Below, piece by piece: positions 48,832 to 60,852 of a stretch of DNA of 64,000 nt. Position 1 is the stretch's first letter. Every line of letters begins with the position of its first letter. This DNA comes from an uncultured Rhodobacteraceae bacterium (GTDB lineage Bacteria; Pseudomonadota; Alphaproteobacteria; Rhodobacterales; Rhodobacteraceae). Under the pieces are notes generated by a model, which saw nothing but the letters and a program-made list of their open reading frames with translations, was not told the DNA's origin and made no database searches. A program made the translations under genes and the position numbers. The stretch is from assembly GCA_938028765.1 (NCBI GenBank), contig CALIZF010000020.1, forward strand, positions 8,112-72,111, in the 5' to 3' direction.

Positions 48832-51800
48832 TCATTCCGCCGCGATCCCTTCCAGCCGGTCCTCGAGCTCGTCCGCCGCCGCGCGCAGGGCGGCCATCGT
48901 CGCGGGATCGGGCTGCCAGTAGGTGCGTTCGGCGGCCTCGATCAGCCGCTCGGCCATCCGCGCCGAGGCCTGCGGGTTCAGCGCCGCCAGCCGGCGGCGC
49001 ATCGCCGCGTCGAGCACGAAGGTCTCGGACAGCCGCTGGTAGACCCAGGGCTCCACCGTGCCCGTCGTCGCCGACCAGCCCAGCGTGTTCGTGACCTGCG
49101 CCTCGATCTGGCGGACGCCCTCGTGCCCGTGCTGCAACAGCGCCTCGAAGAACCGCGGGTTCAGGCTGCGGCTGCGGGTCTCCAGTGCGATCTGGTCCGC
49201 CAGCGTGCGCACCTTGCCTGCCCCGCGGGTCTGGTCGCCGATATAGACGGGCGCGGGCTCGCCCTTCGCCCGACGCACCGCCCGCGCGATGCCGCCGAGC
49301 GTGTCGAAATAATGGTCCACCGTCGTGACGCCGAGTTCGACCGACTCGAGGTTCTGGTAGGCCAGATCAACGGTCGCCAGCGCCCGGGCCAGCATTGCCG
49401 CCTGCTTCTGCGGCTTGCCGCTGCGCCCGTAGGCGAAGGACTTGCGCGCCTCGTAGGCATCGGCCAGCTCGTCCTCGTCCCCGAAGGCCGACGATCCCAC
49501 CAGCACGTTGACGTTCGATCCGTAGGCGCCTTCCGCGTTGGAAAAGACGCGCAGCGCGGCCGTCTCGATGTCGCAGCCCGTCTCGGCCATGGCCGCCAGC
49601 GCATGCGCGCGGATGAAGTTCTGCGCCTCGGGTTCGTCCGCCGTCGCCGCCTTCCAGGCCGCTTCCGCCAGCATCCGCGTCTGCAAGGGCAGAAGGTCGC
49701 GGAAGATCCCCGACAGCGTCATCACCACGTCGATGCGGGGACGGCCGAGTTCCGCCAGGGGGATCAGGTCGGCACCGGACAGCCGGCCGTAGCTGTCGAA
49801 CCGTGGCCGCGCGCCCATCAGCGCCAGCGCCTGCGCGATCGGCCCGCCGTCGGACTTGATGTTGTCCGATCCCCAGAGCACCAGCGCCACCGTCCGCGGC
49901 AGGCGCGCATGAGCGTCGAGCAACCGCTGCGCCTGCGCCGCGCCGTCGCGGAGGGCGAAGGCGGTCGGCATGCGGAACGGGTCGAAGGCGTGGATGTTGC
50001 GCCCCGTGGGCAGGATCGCGGGGTTGCGGATCAGGTCGCCGCCGGGGACCGGGGGCACGAAATGGCCGCCGAGCGCGCGCAGGAGCGCCGCGATCTCGCC
50101 GTTGCGGGCCAGCTCGGCCGCAACGCGCGCGCGCGCGGCATCGTCGGGCAGCGCCATCTGGTCGAGGTAGGCCGCGATCTGGCCGGGCTCCATCGGCTGG
50201 CCGAGGATGTGCAGACCCTCGGGGATCAGCGCCCCCTCGGTCTCGATCAGACGGGTCCAGAGCGCCTCGGGATCGCCCGCGAGGTCCACCGCGGCGGCCT
50301 GGTCGCGGATCAGTGCGGCAAGCTCGTCGCGCGCGGGATCGTCCGCCGCCATCGCGCGGAACCGCGCCAGCGAGTCCTTCAGATCCGCAAGACCCCGGTA
50401 GAGACCCGCCTTGGCCACCGGCGGGGTCAGGTGCGTGATCGTCACCGCATTGGCGCGCCGCTTGGCCAGCGTCGCCTCGGACGGGTTGTTTGCGGCGTAG
50501 AGATAGAGGTTCGGCATCTCGCCGATCAGCCGGTCGGGCCAGTCGCGCGCGCCGAGGCCCGCCTGCCGGCCGGGCATGAATTCGAGCGCACCATGCATCC
50601 CGAAGTGCAGCACCGCATCGGCGCGGAAGGTGTTGCGGATCCACAGATAGAACTGCACGAAGGCATGGGTCGGGGCGAACCCGCGCTCGAACAGCAGGCG
50701 CATCGGGTCGCCCTCATAGCCGAAGACGGGCTGCACGCCGACGAAGACGTTGCCGAACTCGGCGCCGAGAACGAAGACCCCCCGCCCGTCCGACTGGTGG
50801 CGGCCGGGCGCAGGCCCCCAGACCGCCTCGATGGCCTTGAGCGGCGGCGTGCCCGCCACGATCTCTTCCGCGGTGACCGTGGCGGCGACATTGGCGGGCT
50901 GACCGAAGCGCGCGCCGTTGCCTTCCAGCACGGCCTTGCGCAGCGCCTCGACCGTCGGCGGCGGATCGAGCCGATAGCCCTCGGCCTTCATCGCATGCAG
51001 CGTGCGGTGCAGGCTCTCGAACACCGACAGGTAGGCTGCCGTTCCGACGGCACCGGCGTTCGGCGGAAAGCCGTAGAGCACGATCGCCACCCGCCGGTCC
51101 GCCGGGCGCGACCGGCGCAGGCGCGCGAGGCGCAAGGTCTTTTCCGCCAGCACCGCGACGCGCTCTTCGCAGGGGGCCATTGCCCGAGGCCCGCCCTCGG
51201 CGCGGCAGCCGCGCCGGCAACCCGGACAGGGTTCCGCACCGTGGCGACCGGCGAAGACCGTGGGGTTCGTCGCACCGTCGATCTCGGGCAGCGCGATCAG
51301 CATCGTCGTCTCGACCGGGCCGAGGCCGCCCTCGGCCGCGCCCCACTGGGCCAGCGTCTGGAACTCCAGCGGATGGGCGGCGATGTAGGGCACATCGAGG
51401 CGCGCCAGCGTCTCGACCGCCGCGGGGCTGTCGTTGTAGGCGGGACCGCCGACCAGGCTGAACCCCGTCAGCGACACCAGCGCATCGACCCGGCCGCCCT
51501 GCATGTAGGCCTCGATCGCCGGGCGGCCGTCGAGGCCGGCGGCAAAGGCCGGGATGACGGCCATGCCCTTTGCCTCGAAGGCCCGGATGACCGCGTCGTA
51601 ATGCGCCGTGTCGCCGGCCAGCACATAGGACCGCAGCATCAGCACGCCGACGGTCGCCTGCGCGCCCTTCGGCCGCGGCAGGCGGGCGGCGTCGGTGCCG
51701 ATGCGGTTCGGCAGGTCGGGGTGGTAGAGGCCGACCTCGGGGTAGTCGACCGGTGCGGCCGCCTTCGCGCCGCGCCATTCCGGCCGCGCCGCGTAACGGC

Positions 51801-52386
51801 CGACCAGGAAACGGATCATGTGCTCGATGTTGTCGTCCGACCCGCCCAGCCAATACTGCATGGCGAGGAACCAAGCGCGCAGATCCTGCGCCTTGCCGGG
51901 GATGAAGCGCAGGATCTTCGGCAGGCGGCGCAGCATCGCCATCTGCCGTTCGCCCGACTGCGCCGAAGGCGTCCTGTTGCCCCGCAGCTTCCTGAGCAAC
52001 GCCATCGCCCCCGAAGCGGGCTTGCCCATGTCGAGATCGCCCATCTTCGTCAGCCGGACGATCGCGGGATCGGCGATCACGCCGACGAAGCAGTCGCAGC
52101 GCTCGCGCGCCGCGCGCAGTTCGGGCAGCAGCGCCTGGACGTGTTCCTCGATGAACAGAAGGTTGGCCACCACGATGTCGGCCGCGTTCACCGCCGCCCG
52201 CGCGCGTTCGAGCGCCGCCGGCGTTTCGGCCCATTCGGCCGCGGCGTGCACGGTCACCTCGAGCCCCGGGAAGTCGCGCGCGAGCCGCGGGGTGATCCGC
52301 GCCGCCGGACCCGCCGCATGGGCATCGAGCGTGACGATCACCACGCGATAGGGTTTCACCCCGGTGATGTTGCGTTCAGCGCGCAT
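48832..52386 (-). CDS. bchH: magnesium chelatase subunit H
   Basis: ~1184 aa CobN/Mg-chelatase H family. Start taken at [21 protein letters not shown] (52386), overlapping the bchB end by 11 nt; the track ORF starts at 52431. Confidence 0.97.
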   Translation of the reverse strand: MRAERNITGVKPYRVVIVTLDAHAAGPAARITPRLARDFPGLEVTVHAAAEWAETPAALERARAAVNAADIVVANLLFIEEHVQALLPELRAARERCDCFVGVIADPAIVRLTKMGDLDMGKPASGAMALLRKLRGNRTPSAQSGERQMAMLRRLPKILRFIPGKAQDLRAWFLAMQYWLGGSDDNIEHMIRFLVGRYAARPEWRGAKAAAPVDYPEVGLYHPDLPNRIGTDAARLPRPKGAQATVGVLMLRSYVLAGDTAHYDAVIRAFEAKGMAVIPAFAAGLDGRPAIEAYMQGGRVDALVSLTGFSLVGGPAYNDSPAAVETLARLDVPYIAAHPLEFQTLAQWGAAEGGLGPVETTMLIALPEIDGATNPTVFAGRHGAEPCPGCRRGCRAEGGPRAMAPCEERVAVLAEKTLRLARLRRSRPADRRVAIVLYGFPPNAGAVGTAAYLSVFESLHRTLHAMKAEGYRLDPPPTVEALRKAVLEGNGARFGQPANVAATVTAEEIVAGTPPLKAIEAVWGPAPGRHQSDGRGVFVLGAEFGNVFVGVQPVFGYEGDPMRLLFERGFAPTHAFVQFYLWIRNTFRADAVLHFGMHGALEFMPGRQAGLGARDWPDRLIGEMPNLYLYAANNPSEATLAKRRANAVTITHLTPPVAKAGLYRGLADLKDSLARFRAMAADDPARDELAALIRDQAAAVDLAGDPEALWTRLIETEGALIPEGLHILGQPMEPGQIAAYLDQMALPDDAARARVAAELARNGEIAALLRALGGHFVPPVPGGDLIRNPAILPTGRNIHAFDPFRMPTAFALRDGAAQAQRLLDAHARLPRTVALVLWGSDNIKSDGGPIAQALALMGARPRFDSYGRLSGADLIPLAELGRPRIDVVMTLSGIFRDLLPLQTRMLAEAAWKAATADEPEAQNFIRAHALAAMAETGCDIETAALRVFSNAEGAYGSNVNVLVGSSAFGDEDELADAYEARKSFAYGRSGKPQKQAAMLARALATVDLAYQNLESVELGVTTVDHYFDTLGGIARAVRRAKGEPAPVYIGDQTRGAGKVRTLADQIALETRSRSLNPRFFEALLQHGHEGVRQIEAQVTNTLGWSATTGTVEPWVYQRLSETFVLDAAMRRRLAALNPQASARMAERLIEAAERTYWQPDPATMAALRAAADELEDRLEGIAAE

Positions 52387-53959
52387 AATGGGCCTTGGCC
52401 TCGTAGAGCGTCTCGACGGCGATCGCGGCAATGCCGCGCTCGGCTGCGTATCTCTCGGTGTTCCGCCTGGCCTTGGCGCGCACGAAGAAGGGGATCTTCT
52501 TCAGCTCGCGCTCGGCTTCGGCCAGCCAGATGACCGTGCCGCCGACCGGGTCCGGCGCGGCCGCCGGAACCGCTTCGGTGGTCGCCGCTGCCGCTTCGGC
52601 CGCTGCCGCCGGCCACGGCGCGTCCGCGCCGCGGTGGCGCCCCGGGTGCTGCCCCGCGCCGTAATGGCTCGGACCGGCACTGTCGTGGAACTCGAAGTCG
52701 TCGCGGAACATCGTCAGAAGATGCTCCTCGAGGCCCATTACCAGCGGATGCACCCAGGTATCGAACAGGACATTTGCCCCCTCGAACCCCATCACCGGGC
52801 TGTAGCGCGCGGGGAAGTCCTGCACGTGGACGGGGGCCGAGATGACCGCGCAGGGAATGCCGAGGCGCTTGCCGATGTGCCGTTCCATCTGCGTGCCGAG
52901 GATCAGCTCGGGCGCGGTGGCGGCGATGGCGGCCTCGACCTCGAGGTAATCGTCGGTGATCAGCGCTTCGAGGCCGTAACCCTTGGCGGCCGCCCGCATC
53001 GGCCGGGCGAATTCGCGGTTGTAGCAGCCAAGGCCCGCCACCTCGAACCCGATCTCGTCCCGCGCCACGCGGGCCGCGGCCATCGCGTGGGTGGCGTCGC
53101 CGAACACGAACACGCGCTTGCCGGTCAGGTAGGTGGAATCGACCGAGGCCGACCACCACGGCAGGCGCAGCCGCGCCTCGTCGGGCCGGGCCGTGGTGCC
53201 GGCCAGCGCCTGCACCTCGGCGATGAAGTCGCGCGTGGCGCGCGCGCCGTAGGGGATCGTGCGCGTCCACGGCTGGCCGAACTGGCGCTCGAGGAACCGG
53301 GCGGCCGTCTCGGCCGTCTCGGGGTAGAGCAGCACGTTGAAATGCGCCGCCGGCAGGCGCGCGATGTCCGCCGGGCTTGCCCCCATCGGGGCCACGACGT
53401 TCACCGCGATCCCCATCTCCTCGAGCAGCCCCGCGATCTCGGTGGCATCGTCGCGGTGGCGGAAGCCGAGGCCGGTGGGCCCAAGGATGTTTGCCGAGAC
53501 CTGCGCGGTGCGCGCGGCGGGCCGGGCGAGGGCGCGGACGATCTGGTGGAACGTCTCGTCGGCGCCGAAGTTTTCCTTCCGGCTGTAGGACGGCAGTTCG
53601 AGCGGGATCACCGGCACAGGCAGGCCGATCGCCGCGGCGAGCCCCCCGGGATCGTCCTGGATCAGCTCGGCCGTGCAGGACGCGCCGACGATCAGCGCCT
53701 GCGGGCGGAAGCGTTCCCAAGCCCCGCGCGCGGCGTCCTTGAAGAGGTTCGCGGTATCGGCGCCGAGGTCGCGCGCCTGGAAGGTGGTGTAGGTGACGGG
53801 CGGGCGGTGGCCGCGCCGCTCGATCATCGTGAAGAGAAGATCGGCATAGGTATCGCCCTGCGGGGCATGCAGCACATAGTGCAGCCCCTTCATGCCGGTG
53901 GCCACGCGCATCGCGCCGACGTGCGGCGGGCCCTCGTAGGTCCAGACGGCAAGCTTCAT
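52376..53959 (-). CDS. bchB: light-independent protochlorophyllide reductase subunit B
   Basis: [48 protein letters not shown] is the canonical BchB/ChlB N-terminus. 527 aa. Confidence 0.97.
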   Translation of the reverse strand: MKLAVWTYEGPPHVGAMRVATGMKGLHYVLHAPQGDTYADLLFTMIERRGHRPPVTYTTFQARDLGADTANLFKDAARGAWERFRPQALIVGASCTAELIQDDPGGLAAAIGLPVPVIPLELPSYSRKENFGADETFHQIVRALARPAARTAQVSANILGPTGLGFRHRDDATEIAGLLEEMGIAVNVVAPMGASPADIARLPAAHFNVLLYPETAETAARFLERQFGQPWTRTIPYGARATRDFIAEVQALAGTTARPDEARLRLPWWSASVDSTYLTGKRVFVFGDATHAMAAARVARDEIGFEVAGLGCYNREFARPMRAAAKGYGLEALITDDYLEVEAAIAATAPELILGTQMERHIGKRLGIPCAVISAPVHVQDFPARYSPVMGFEGANVLFDTWVHPLVMGLEEHLLTMFRDDFEFHDSAGPSHYGAGQHPGRHRGADAPWPAAAAEAAAATTEAVPAAAPDPVGGTVIWLAEAERELKKIPFFVRAKARRNTERYAAERGIAAIAVETLYEAKAHYAR

Positions 53960-53970
53960 GGCCACCCGAC

Positions 53971-54026
53971 CGGGGGCTTCGCGCCCCCGGACCCCCGCGG
54001 AGTATTTGTGACAAGATGAAGTGCAG
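53971..54026 (+). repeat. composite intergenic repeat, copy A (antisense orientation, bchN-bchB spacer)
   Basis: The plus strand reads CGGGGGC-TTCGC-GCCCCCG GACCCCCGCGGAGTATTTGTGACAAGATGAAGTGCAGC. The 25-nt core matches copy B at 23 of 25 positions but lies on the opposite strand relative to the bch genes. Confidence 0.7.
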
Positions 54027-54029
54027 CGG

Positions 54030-55834
<1,805 letters not shown>

Positions 55835-55890
55835 CCTTCGCCGTCCGCGTTGATCTGGTCTGCCCGAAACTCTAGCGCGGGTCGGCAGGG

Positions 55891-55908
55891 TGTCAATTGT
55901 AACTTACA
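55891..55908. promoter_or_regulatory. PpsR/CrtJ-type palindrome TGT-N12-ACA in the bchF / ppaA divergent region
   Basis: TGTCAATTGTAACTTACA lies 57 nt upstream of the bchF ATG. It is embedded in a cluster of CAATTG hexamers. Confidence 0.6.
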
Positions 55909-56031
55909 CAATTGTCCGGCGTCTGCTTGACGTGCCATGATGGATCACGTTGGCCGCGTCGCGACGAAAATATTCTTTTTACAATTGTTTCATGCACATA
56001 CTGCGCCGGAGGCCGTCTTGCTTGCGGTCAC

Positions 56032-56958
56032 ATGTCAATTCCTCTTGACGATTTGGCCGAAAAGCTGAACGCTGCCTTCAGCGACGGAGCTGGACCCCGG
56101 TCCGCGTCGCGGTCGGCGCAGCGCAGCGAGCCGGGGGGATCGCAGATGCATCATGACGCTTCCGGCAGCATCGAGTACCGTCCCGTCGACCCAGGCCCGG
56201 TTCGGGACCGCGTCGGGGCGCTTGCGGGACAGGTGATCGCGATGCTGCGCGGTCGGGACGGGCGGATGATGCACCAGGACGAGGGCCGGCTGGCGAGCCT
56301 GGCCGACCGGCTGATCGCCGCGGCACTTGCGCCCGAGTCGGATGCGCTGCCGTCGATGCTGGCCGCCTTCCGTCGCGAAGGCGTGGACGCGGATGCGGTC
56401 TGCGACCTCGTGATGCCGCTCGCCGCCCGCGAACTCGGGCGCGGCTGGGAGGACGACCGGCTGAGCTTCGTCGACGTGTCGCTCGGGATGGTGCGGATGC
56501 AGCGTCTGCTGCGCGACCGGCTGACGGACATCGCGCAGCCGACGCAGGGTCCGTCCGTCCTCTTCATCCTGCCCGAGGGGGAACAGCACACGCTGGGTGC
56601 GCTGGTCGCGGTCCGGCATCTGCGGCGTCGGGGCCTGCCCACCACGCTGCTGGTCGGCGAAAAGCTGCGGGCGATCGCCGAAATCGTGCGGACGCGCCGC
56701 TTCGATGCCGCGTTCGTGTCGATCGCCACCGCCGAAAGGCTTGAAACGGCCCGCGAAGTTGTCGCATGTATCAACACTGAGACTGCCGGGACCTTGCCCG
56801 TCGTGGTCGGCGGGGCGCTACTTTGCGGGATGGATCAGGTGACGGCAGACGGGGTGCGGGCGTCGAGCGGCGCGCGGCTGGCGTCCAACGACCTTGGGAA
56901 AGTGCTGGCGGCGCTCGGCCTCGCGCCCGAAACGATGCAGAGGACGGAGACTGCCTGA
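56032..56958 (+). CDS. ppaA: cobalamin-binding photosynthesis antirepressor PpaA/AerR
   Basis: C-terminal B12-binding domain with a DxHxxG-like motif (EGEQHTLGALVAV). Lies directly upstream of ppsR. Start uncertain: ATG 56032, or ATG 56146 (the latter preceded by GGGGGGA). Confidence 0.85.
   Translation: MSIPLDDLAEKLNAAFSDGAGPRSASRSAQRSEPGGSQMHHDASGSIEYRPVDPGPVRDRVGALAGQVIAMLRGRDGRMMHQDEGRLASLADRLIAAALAPESDALPSMLAAFRREGVDADAVCDLVMPLAARELGRGWEDDRLSFVDVSLGMVRMQRLLRDRLTDIAQPTQGPSVLFILPEGEQHTLGALVAVRHLRRRGLPTTLLVGEKLRAIAEIVRTRRFDAAFVSIATAERLETAREVVACINTETAGTLPVVVGGALLCGMDQVTADGVRASSGARLASNDLGKVLAALGLAPETMQRTETA
56033..56050. promoter_or_regulatory. near-consensus PpsR-type site (TGTC-N10-GACG) overlapping the first ppaA ATG
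   Basis: TGTCAATTCCTCTTGACG has one mismatch (final G) to TGT-N12-ACA. It begins at the second base of ATG 56032. Confidence 0.4.
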
Positions 56959-56987
56959 CCAACCGCCGCCCGGGCGCACGGGCGGCC

Positions 56988-58418
56988 ATGCTGGATGACG
57001 ACACCGTGAAACCCGTCGGCAAGTCCCTGCTGAACGGCAGACCGCCGGAAAACATCCCCGCGGAGCTGCTGTCGGAGATCGTGTCGGCGGCGTCCGACAT
57101 CACCTTAGTGCTGTCGGCCACGCGCGTTGTCCATTCGGTCATGGTGGCCGGCGGGCACGCGCTGGCCGGGCAGTTGGACGGCTGGGTCGGCCGGCCGATC
57201 GACGAGCTGCTGACGATCGAAAGCCGGTCCAAGCTCGACGCGCGGCTGTCGGCGCTGCGCAGCGCCGGTGGGCCATTGGTGGTCGAGCTGAACCACGCCG
57301 ACCGGAAGGTGTGGGAGTTTCCGGTGCGCTACACGCTGCACCGCATCGACGCCGACGATTCGGTGCTGATGCTGGGCCGCGACCTGAAGCCCTTTGCCGA
57401 ACTCCAGCAGAAACTGGTCAATGCCCAGCTGGCGCTCGAGCGCGACCACGAGGCGCAGCGCGAGATGGACACGCGCTATCGCGTCCTGATGGAAACGACG
57501 CGCGACGCGATGGTGATGGTCTCGATGTCCTCGGGCCGGATTGAGGACGTGAACTCGGCCGCGGCCCAGTTGCTGGGCGGCACGCGCGGTGATCTTCTGG
57601 GCTCGGCCATCGCGCAGGAATTCGAGGGGCGGCGTCGCGGCGAGTTCCTCGAGAACATGGCCAACCTCGCCACAGCCGATGCCGCGACGCCGGTAGAATT
57701 GCAGGCCCGCCGGTCGGGCCGGCGGCTCATGGTCTACCCGACCGTGTTCCGCGCCGCGGGCGAACGGCTGCTTCTGTGCCGGCTCGAGGCGACGGGATCG
57801 CTGCGCGCGGTGCACGACCAGCTGTCCGAGGATCTGGTCCGGCTGTTCCACGAAGGGTCGGACGCGATCGTGTTCACCGACCCCGACGGCGTCATCCGCA
57901 TCGCCAACGAGGCCTTCCTGAACCTGACCGACGCGCCGAACCTCGCTGGCGTGCGCGGTCGGTCGCTGTCGGAATTTTTCGTCCGCGGCGCGGTGGACAT
58001 GCGGGTGCTGCTGGACAACGCCCGGCGCGTGGGGCGGATGCGTCTTTACGCGACGCGGATCGCCACGGCCTTCGCGGCCGAGGTGCCGGTCGAGGTTTCG
58101 GCAAGCTATCTGAACGACCGGCCGAACCCGGGCCTCGCCATCGTCATGCGCGACATGAGCCGGGCCGACGCCCTGCGGCGTCCCGGCGTTGCCGCGGCGG
58201 ACGACGGCGGGCGGAGCCTTGCGGAACTGGTCGGTTCCTCGACGCTGAAGGACATTGTCGCCGAGACGACGGACGTGGTCGAGAAGCTGTGCATCCAGAC
58301 CGCGGTGGAACTGACGCGCAACAACCGCGTCGCGGCGGCCGAGATGCTGGGGCTGTCGCGCCAGTCCCTCTACGTCAAGCTGCGCAAATACGGCCTGCTG
58401 AACAAGGACGGCGAGTAG
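56988..58418 (+). CDS. ppsR: photosynthesis gene repressor PpsR/CrtJ
   Basis: Multiple PAS domains plus a C-terminal Fis-type HTH (RVAAAEMLGLSRQSLYVKLRKYGL). Conserved Cys just before the HTH (EKLCIQTAVELT). 476 aa. Confidence 0.95.
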   Translation: MLDDDTVKPVGKSLLNGRPPENIPAELLSEIVSAASDITLVLSATRVVHSVMVAGGHALAGQLDGWVGRPIDELLTIESRSKLDARLSALRSAGGPLVVELNHADRKVWEFPVRYTLHRIDADDSVLMLGRDLKPFAELQQKLVNAQLALERDHEAQREMDTRYRVLMETTRDAMVMVSMSSGRIEDVNSAAAQLLGGTRGDLLGSAIAQEFEGRRRGEFLENMANLATADAATPVELQARRSGRRLMVYPTVFRAAGERLLLCRLEATGSLRAVHDQLSEDLVRLFHEGSDAIVFTDPDGVIRIANEAFLNLTDAPNLAGVRGRSLSEFFVRGAVDMRVLLDNARRVGRMRLYATRIATAFAAEVPVEVSASYLNDRPNPGLAIVMRDMSRADALRRPGVAAADDGGRSLAELVGSSTLKDIVAETTDVVEKLCIQTAVELTRNNRVAAAEMLGLSRQSLYVKLRKYGLLNKDGE

Positions 58419-58605
58419 CCGCGGCGCCGCGCCGCTAGCAAAGGCGAGGGCCGGGCGCGCGGCGCGCGGCCGGCAAAATTTGTTGCCGCGTCCCGCAGGG
58501 CATCGTGCTGCCGATCTCCTCCCCTCTTCCCCGGCGGTCGCGGCGATGCGCGGCTGCAGGAAATAATCGGAAGCGATCCGGACACGGGCCTTGTCCGACT
58601 CGATG

Positions 58606-58623
58606 TGTCAAGCTAGCTTTACA
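58606..58623. promoter_or_regulatory. PpsR/CrtJ-type palindrome TGT-N12-ACA immediately upstream of bchG
   Basis: TGTCAAGCTAGCTTTACA is an 18-bp palindrome with 16 of 18 positions symmetric. It ends 3 nt before the predicted bchG ATG (58627). Confidence 0.6.
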
Positions 58624-58626
58624 TGT

Positions 58627-59547
58627 ATGACTGTCAGTCTTGCCAATCCGCCCCGCCACTATCCCGAGCCGCGCGCGCTTCTGACGCTGCTGAAGCCGAT
58701 CACGTGGTTCCCGCCGATGTGGGCCTATCTCTGCGGGGTCGTCTCGTCGGGCGTTCCGGTGGCCGAGGCAGGATGGGGCCTTGTCGTCTTCGGCGTGATC
58801 CTCGCCGGCCCGATGGTCTGCGGAATGAGCCAGGCCGCCAACGACTGGTGCGACCGGCACGTCGATGCGATCAACGAACCCGGCCGCCCGATCCCGTCGG
58901 GCCGCGTGCCGGGCCGCTGGGGCCTCTGGGTTGCGCTGGCGATGTCGGCGCTGGCGCTGGCCATGGGATGGCAGCTCGGTCCCTGGGGGTTCGGCGCGAC
59001 GGTGGTGGGCGTGGCCGCCGCCTGGGCCTATTCGGCCGAACCGGTTCGGCTGAAACGGTCGGGCTGGTGGGGGCCGGGCCTCGTCGCCTTCAGCTATGAG
59101 GGGCTGCCGTGGTTCACCGGCGCCGCGGTGATGGCGGCGGGCGCGCCGTCCTTCTACGTCGTGACCCTTGCGGCGCTTTACGCCTTCGGTGCGCACGGCA
59201 TCATGACGCTGAACGATTTCAAGGCGTTGGAAGGCGACCGGCGGACCGGCGTCCGCAGCCTGCCGGTGGTGCTCGGCCCAGAGGTGGCCGCGCGCGTGGC
59301 CTGCACCGTGATGGTGCTGGCGCAGGCGTTGGTGATCCCGCTCTTGGCGATCTGGGACCGGCCCTGGCACGCGCTGGCGGTGGCGGCGCTCCTGGCGGCG
59401 CAGGTGGCGGCGATGCGCGTCCTGCTGCGCGATCCGAAAGGGCGCGCGCCCTGGTATAACGGCGTCGGCGTGACGCTCTATGTCGCGGGCATGATGGTCG
59501 CCGCCTTTGCGGTGCGCAGCCTGCCGCCGCTGGCGGGCGGAACGTGA
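58627..59547 (+). CDS. bchG: bacteriochlorophyll synthase (geranylgeranyl-bacteriochlorophyllide a transferase)
   Basis: UbiA prenyltransferase family with Asp-rich motif NDWCDRHVDAINEPGRPIPSG. 306 aa from ATG 58627; the track ORF begins at 58591. Confidence 0.95.
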   Translation: MTVSLANPPRHYPEPRALLTLLKPITWFPPMWAYLCGVVSSGVPVAEAGWGLVVFGVILAGPMVCGMSQAANDWCDRHVDAINEPGRPIPSGRVPGRWGLWVALAMSALALAMGWQLGPWGFGATVVGVAAAWAYSAEPVRLKRSGWWGPGLVAFSYEGLPWFTGAAVMAAGAPSFYVVTLAALYAFGAHGIMTLNDFKALEGDRRTGVRSLPVVLGPEVAARVACTVMVLAQALVIPLLAIWDRPWHALAVAALLAAQVAAMRVLLRDPKGRAPWYNGVGVTLYVAGMMVAAFAVRSLPPLAGGT

Positions 59548-60851
59548 TGCCGCCGGCGCCTGCCCGAACCCTGAGCTGGGCGGGGATCGTCCGCCTCGGC
59601 CTTGTGCAGCTGTGCCTCGGGGCGGTCGTGGTGCTGATGACCTCGACGCTCAACCGGCTGATGGTCGTCGAACTGGCCCTGCCGGCGGTGCTGCCGGGTT
59701 TTCTCGTCGCGCTGCACTACGGGGTCCAGATCACCCGGCCGACCTGGGGCTTCCTCGCCGACACCGGCGGCAGCCGGACGCGGTGGGTCGTCATCGGCAT
59801 GGCCGTGCTGGGTGCGGGGGCCTGGCTGGCCGCCTATGCGGTTGCCGTGGCCGACGGCCACTTCGTTGCAGGCTTCGCGCTGTGGGTCGCGGCCTATGGG
59901 CTGATCGGCCTCGGCGTCGGGGCGGCGGGCACGTCGCTTCTGGCTCTGCTGGCGACCACCACCGCCCCGCGGCGGCGGGCGGCGGCGGCGACGATCACCT
60001 GGCTCATGATGATCGCGGGCATCGCGGTGACGGCGACGGTCGTGGGCCGGCTGCTCGATCCCTATTCGGATGCGCGCCTTCTGGCCATCGTCGGCGCGGT
60101 GGCGGCGGGGGCCTTCACGGTGACGCTGGCCGCGGTCGCCGGGATCGAGCGCGGCCTCGATGCATCGCCGGAACCCGAGACGATGCCGTTCCGCGCCGGT
60201 CTGGCCGAGGTCTGGGCCGAGCCGGCCGCGCGCGCTTTCACGGTATTCGTGTTCCTGTCGATGACCGCCTATTTCATGCAGGAGCTGATCCTCGAGCCCT
60301 TCGCGGGCCTCGTCTTCGGCCTGACGCCGGGGCAGACCACGCAGCTGTCGGGCGCGCAGAACGGGGGCGTGTTCCTCGGGATGCTGACGGTCGGGATCGC
60401 GGCGACGGGGCTACGGATCGGGTCGCTGCGCGCCTGGGTGATTGCGGGCTGCCTCGGATCGGCCGCGGCGCTGGCGCTGATCGCCAGCATCGGGATGCGG
60501 GGCACGGCAGCGGTGCTGACGCCGGCGGCGGTGGCGCTCGGCTTCTGCAACGGGATGTTCGCGGTCGCCGCCATCGGGTCCATGATGGCGCTGGCCGGGC
60601 AGGGCCGCGGCCGGCGCGAGGGCACGCGGATGGGCCTCTGGGGTGCGGCGCAGGCGATCGCGGCAGGTTTCGGCGGGCTTGCCGGGGCCGGGCTGGCCGA
60701 CCTCATGCGCCTCGGCCTCGACGCCGCGCCAGCCTTCGGGGCGGTGTTCCTGATCGAGGCGGCGCTCTTCCTCGCCGCAGCGGCGCTTGCCCTCCGTGTC
60801 ATCGGCGGACCCGCCGGGGCGGGCCGCCCGCAGCTTCATCCGGGAGAGTGA
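59547..60851 (+). CDS. PucC/BCD-family MFS protein (second lhaA-like gene, orf428-type)
   Basis: ~12 TM, paralogous to lhaA (SWAGIVRLGLVQLCLGAVVVLMTSTLNRLMVVEL). In the position between bchG and bchP. ATG 59547 shares one base with the bchG stop (TGATG); GTG 59544 is also possible. Confidence 0.9.
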   Translation: MPPAPARTLSWAGIVRLGLVQLCLGAVVVLMTSTLNRLMVVELALPAVLPGFLVALHYGVQITRPTWGFLADTGGSRTRWVVIGMAVLGAGAWLAAYAVAVADGHFVAGFALWVAAYGLIGLGVGAAGTSLLALLATTTAPRRRAAAATITWLMMIAGIAVTATVVGRLLDPYSDARLLAIVGAVAAGAFTVTLAAVAGIERGLDASPEPETMPFRAGLAEVWAEPAARAFTVFVFLSMTAYFMQELILEPFAGLVFGLTPGQTTQLSGAQNGGVFLGMLTVGIAATGLRIGSLRAWVIAGCLGSAAALALIASIGMRGTAAVLTPAAVALGFCNGMFAVAAIGSMMALAGQGRGRREGTRMGLWGAAQAIAAGFGGLAGAGLADLMRLGLDAAPAFGAVFLIEAALFLAAAALALRVIGGPAGAGRPQLHPGE

Positions 60852-60852
60852 G

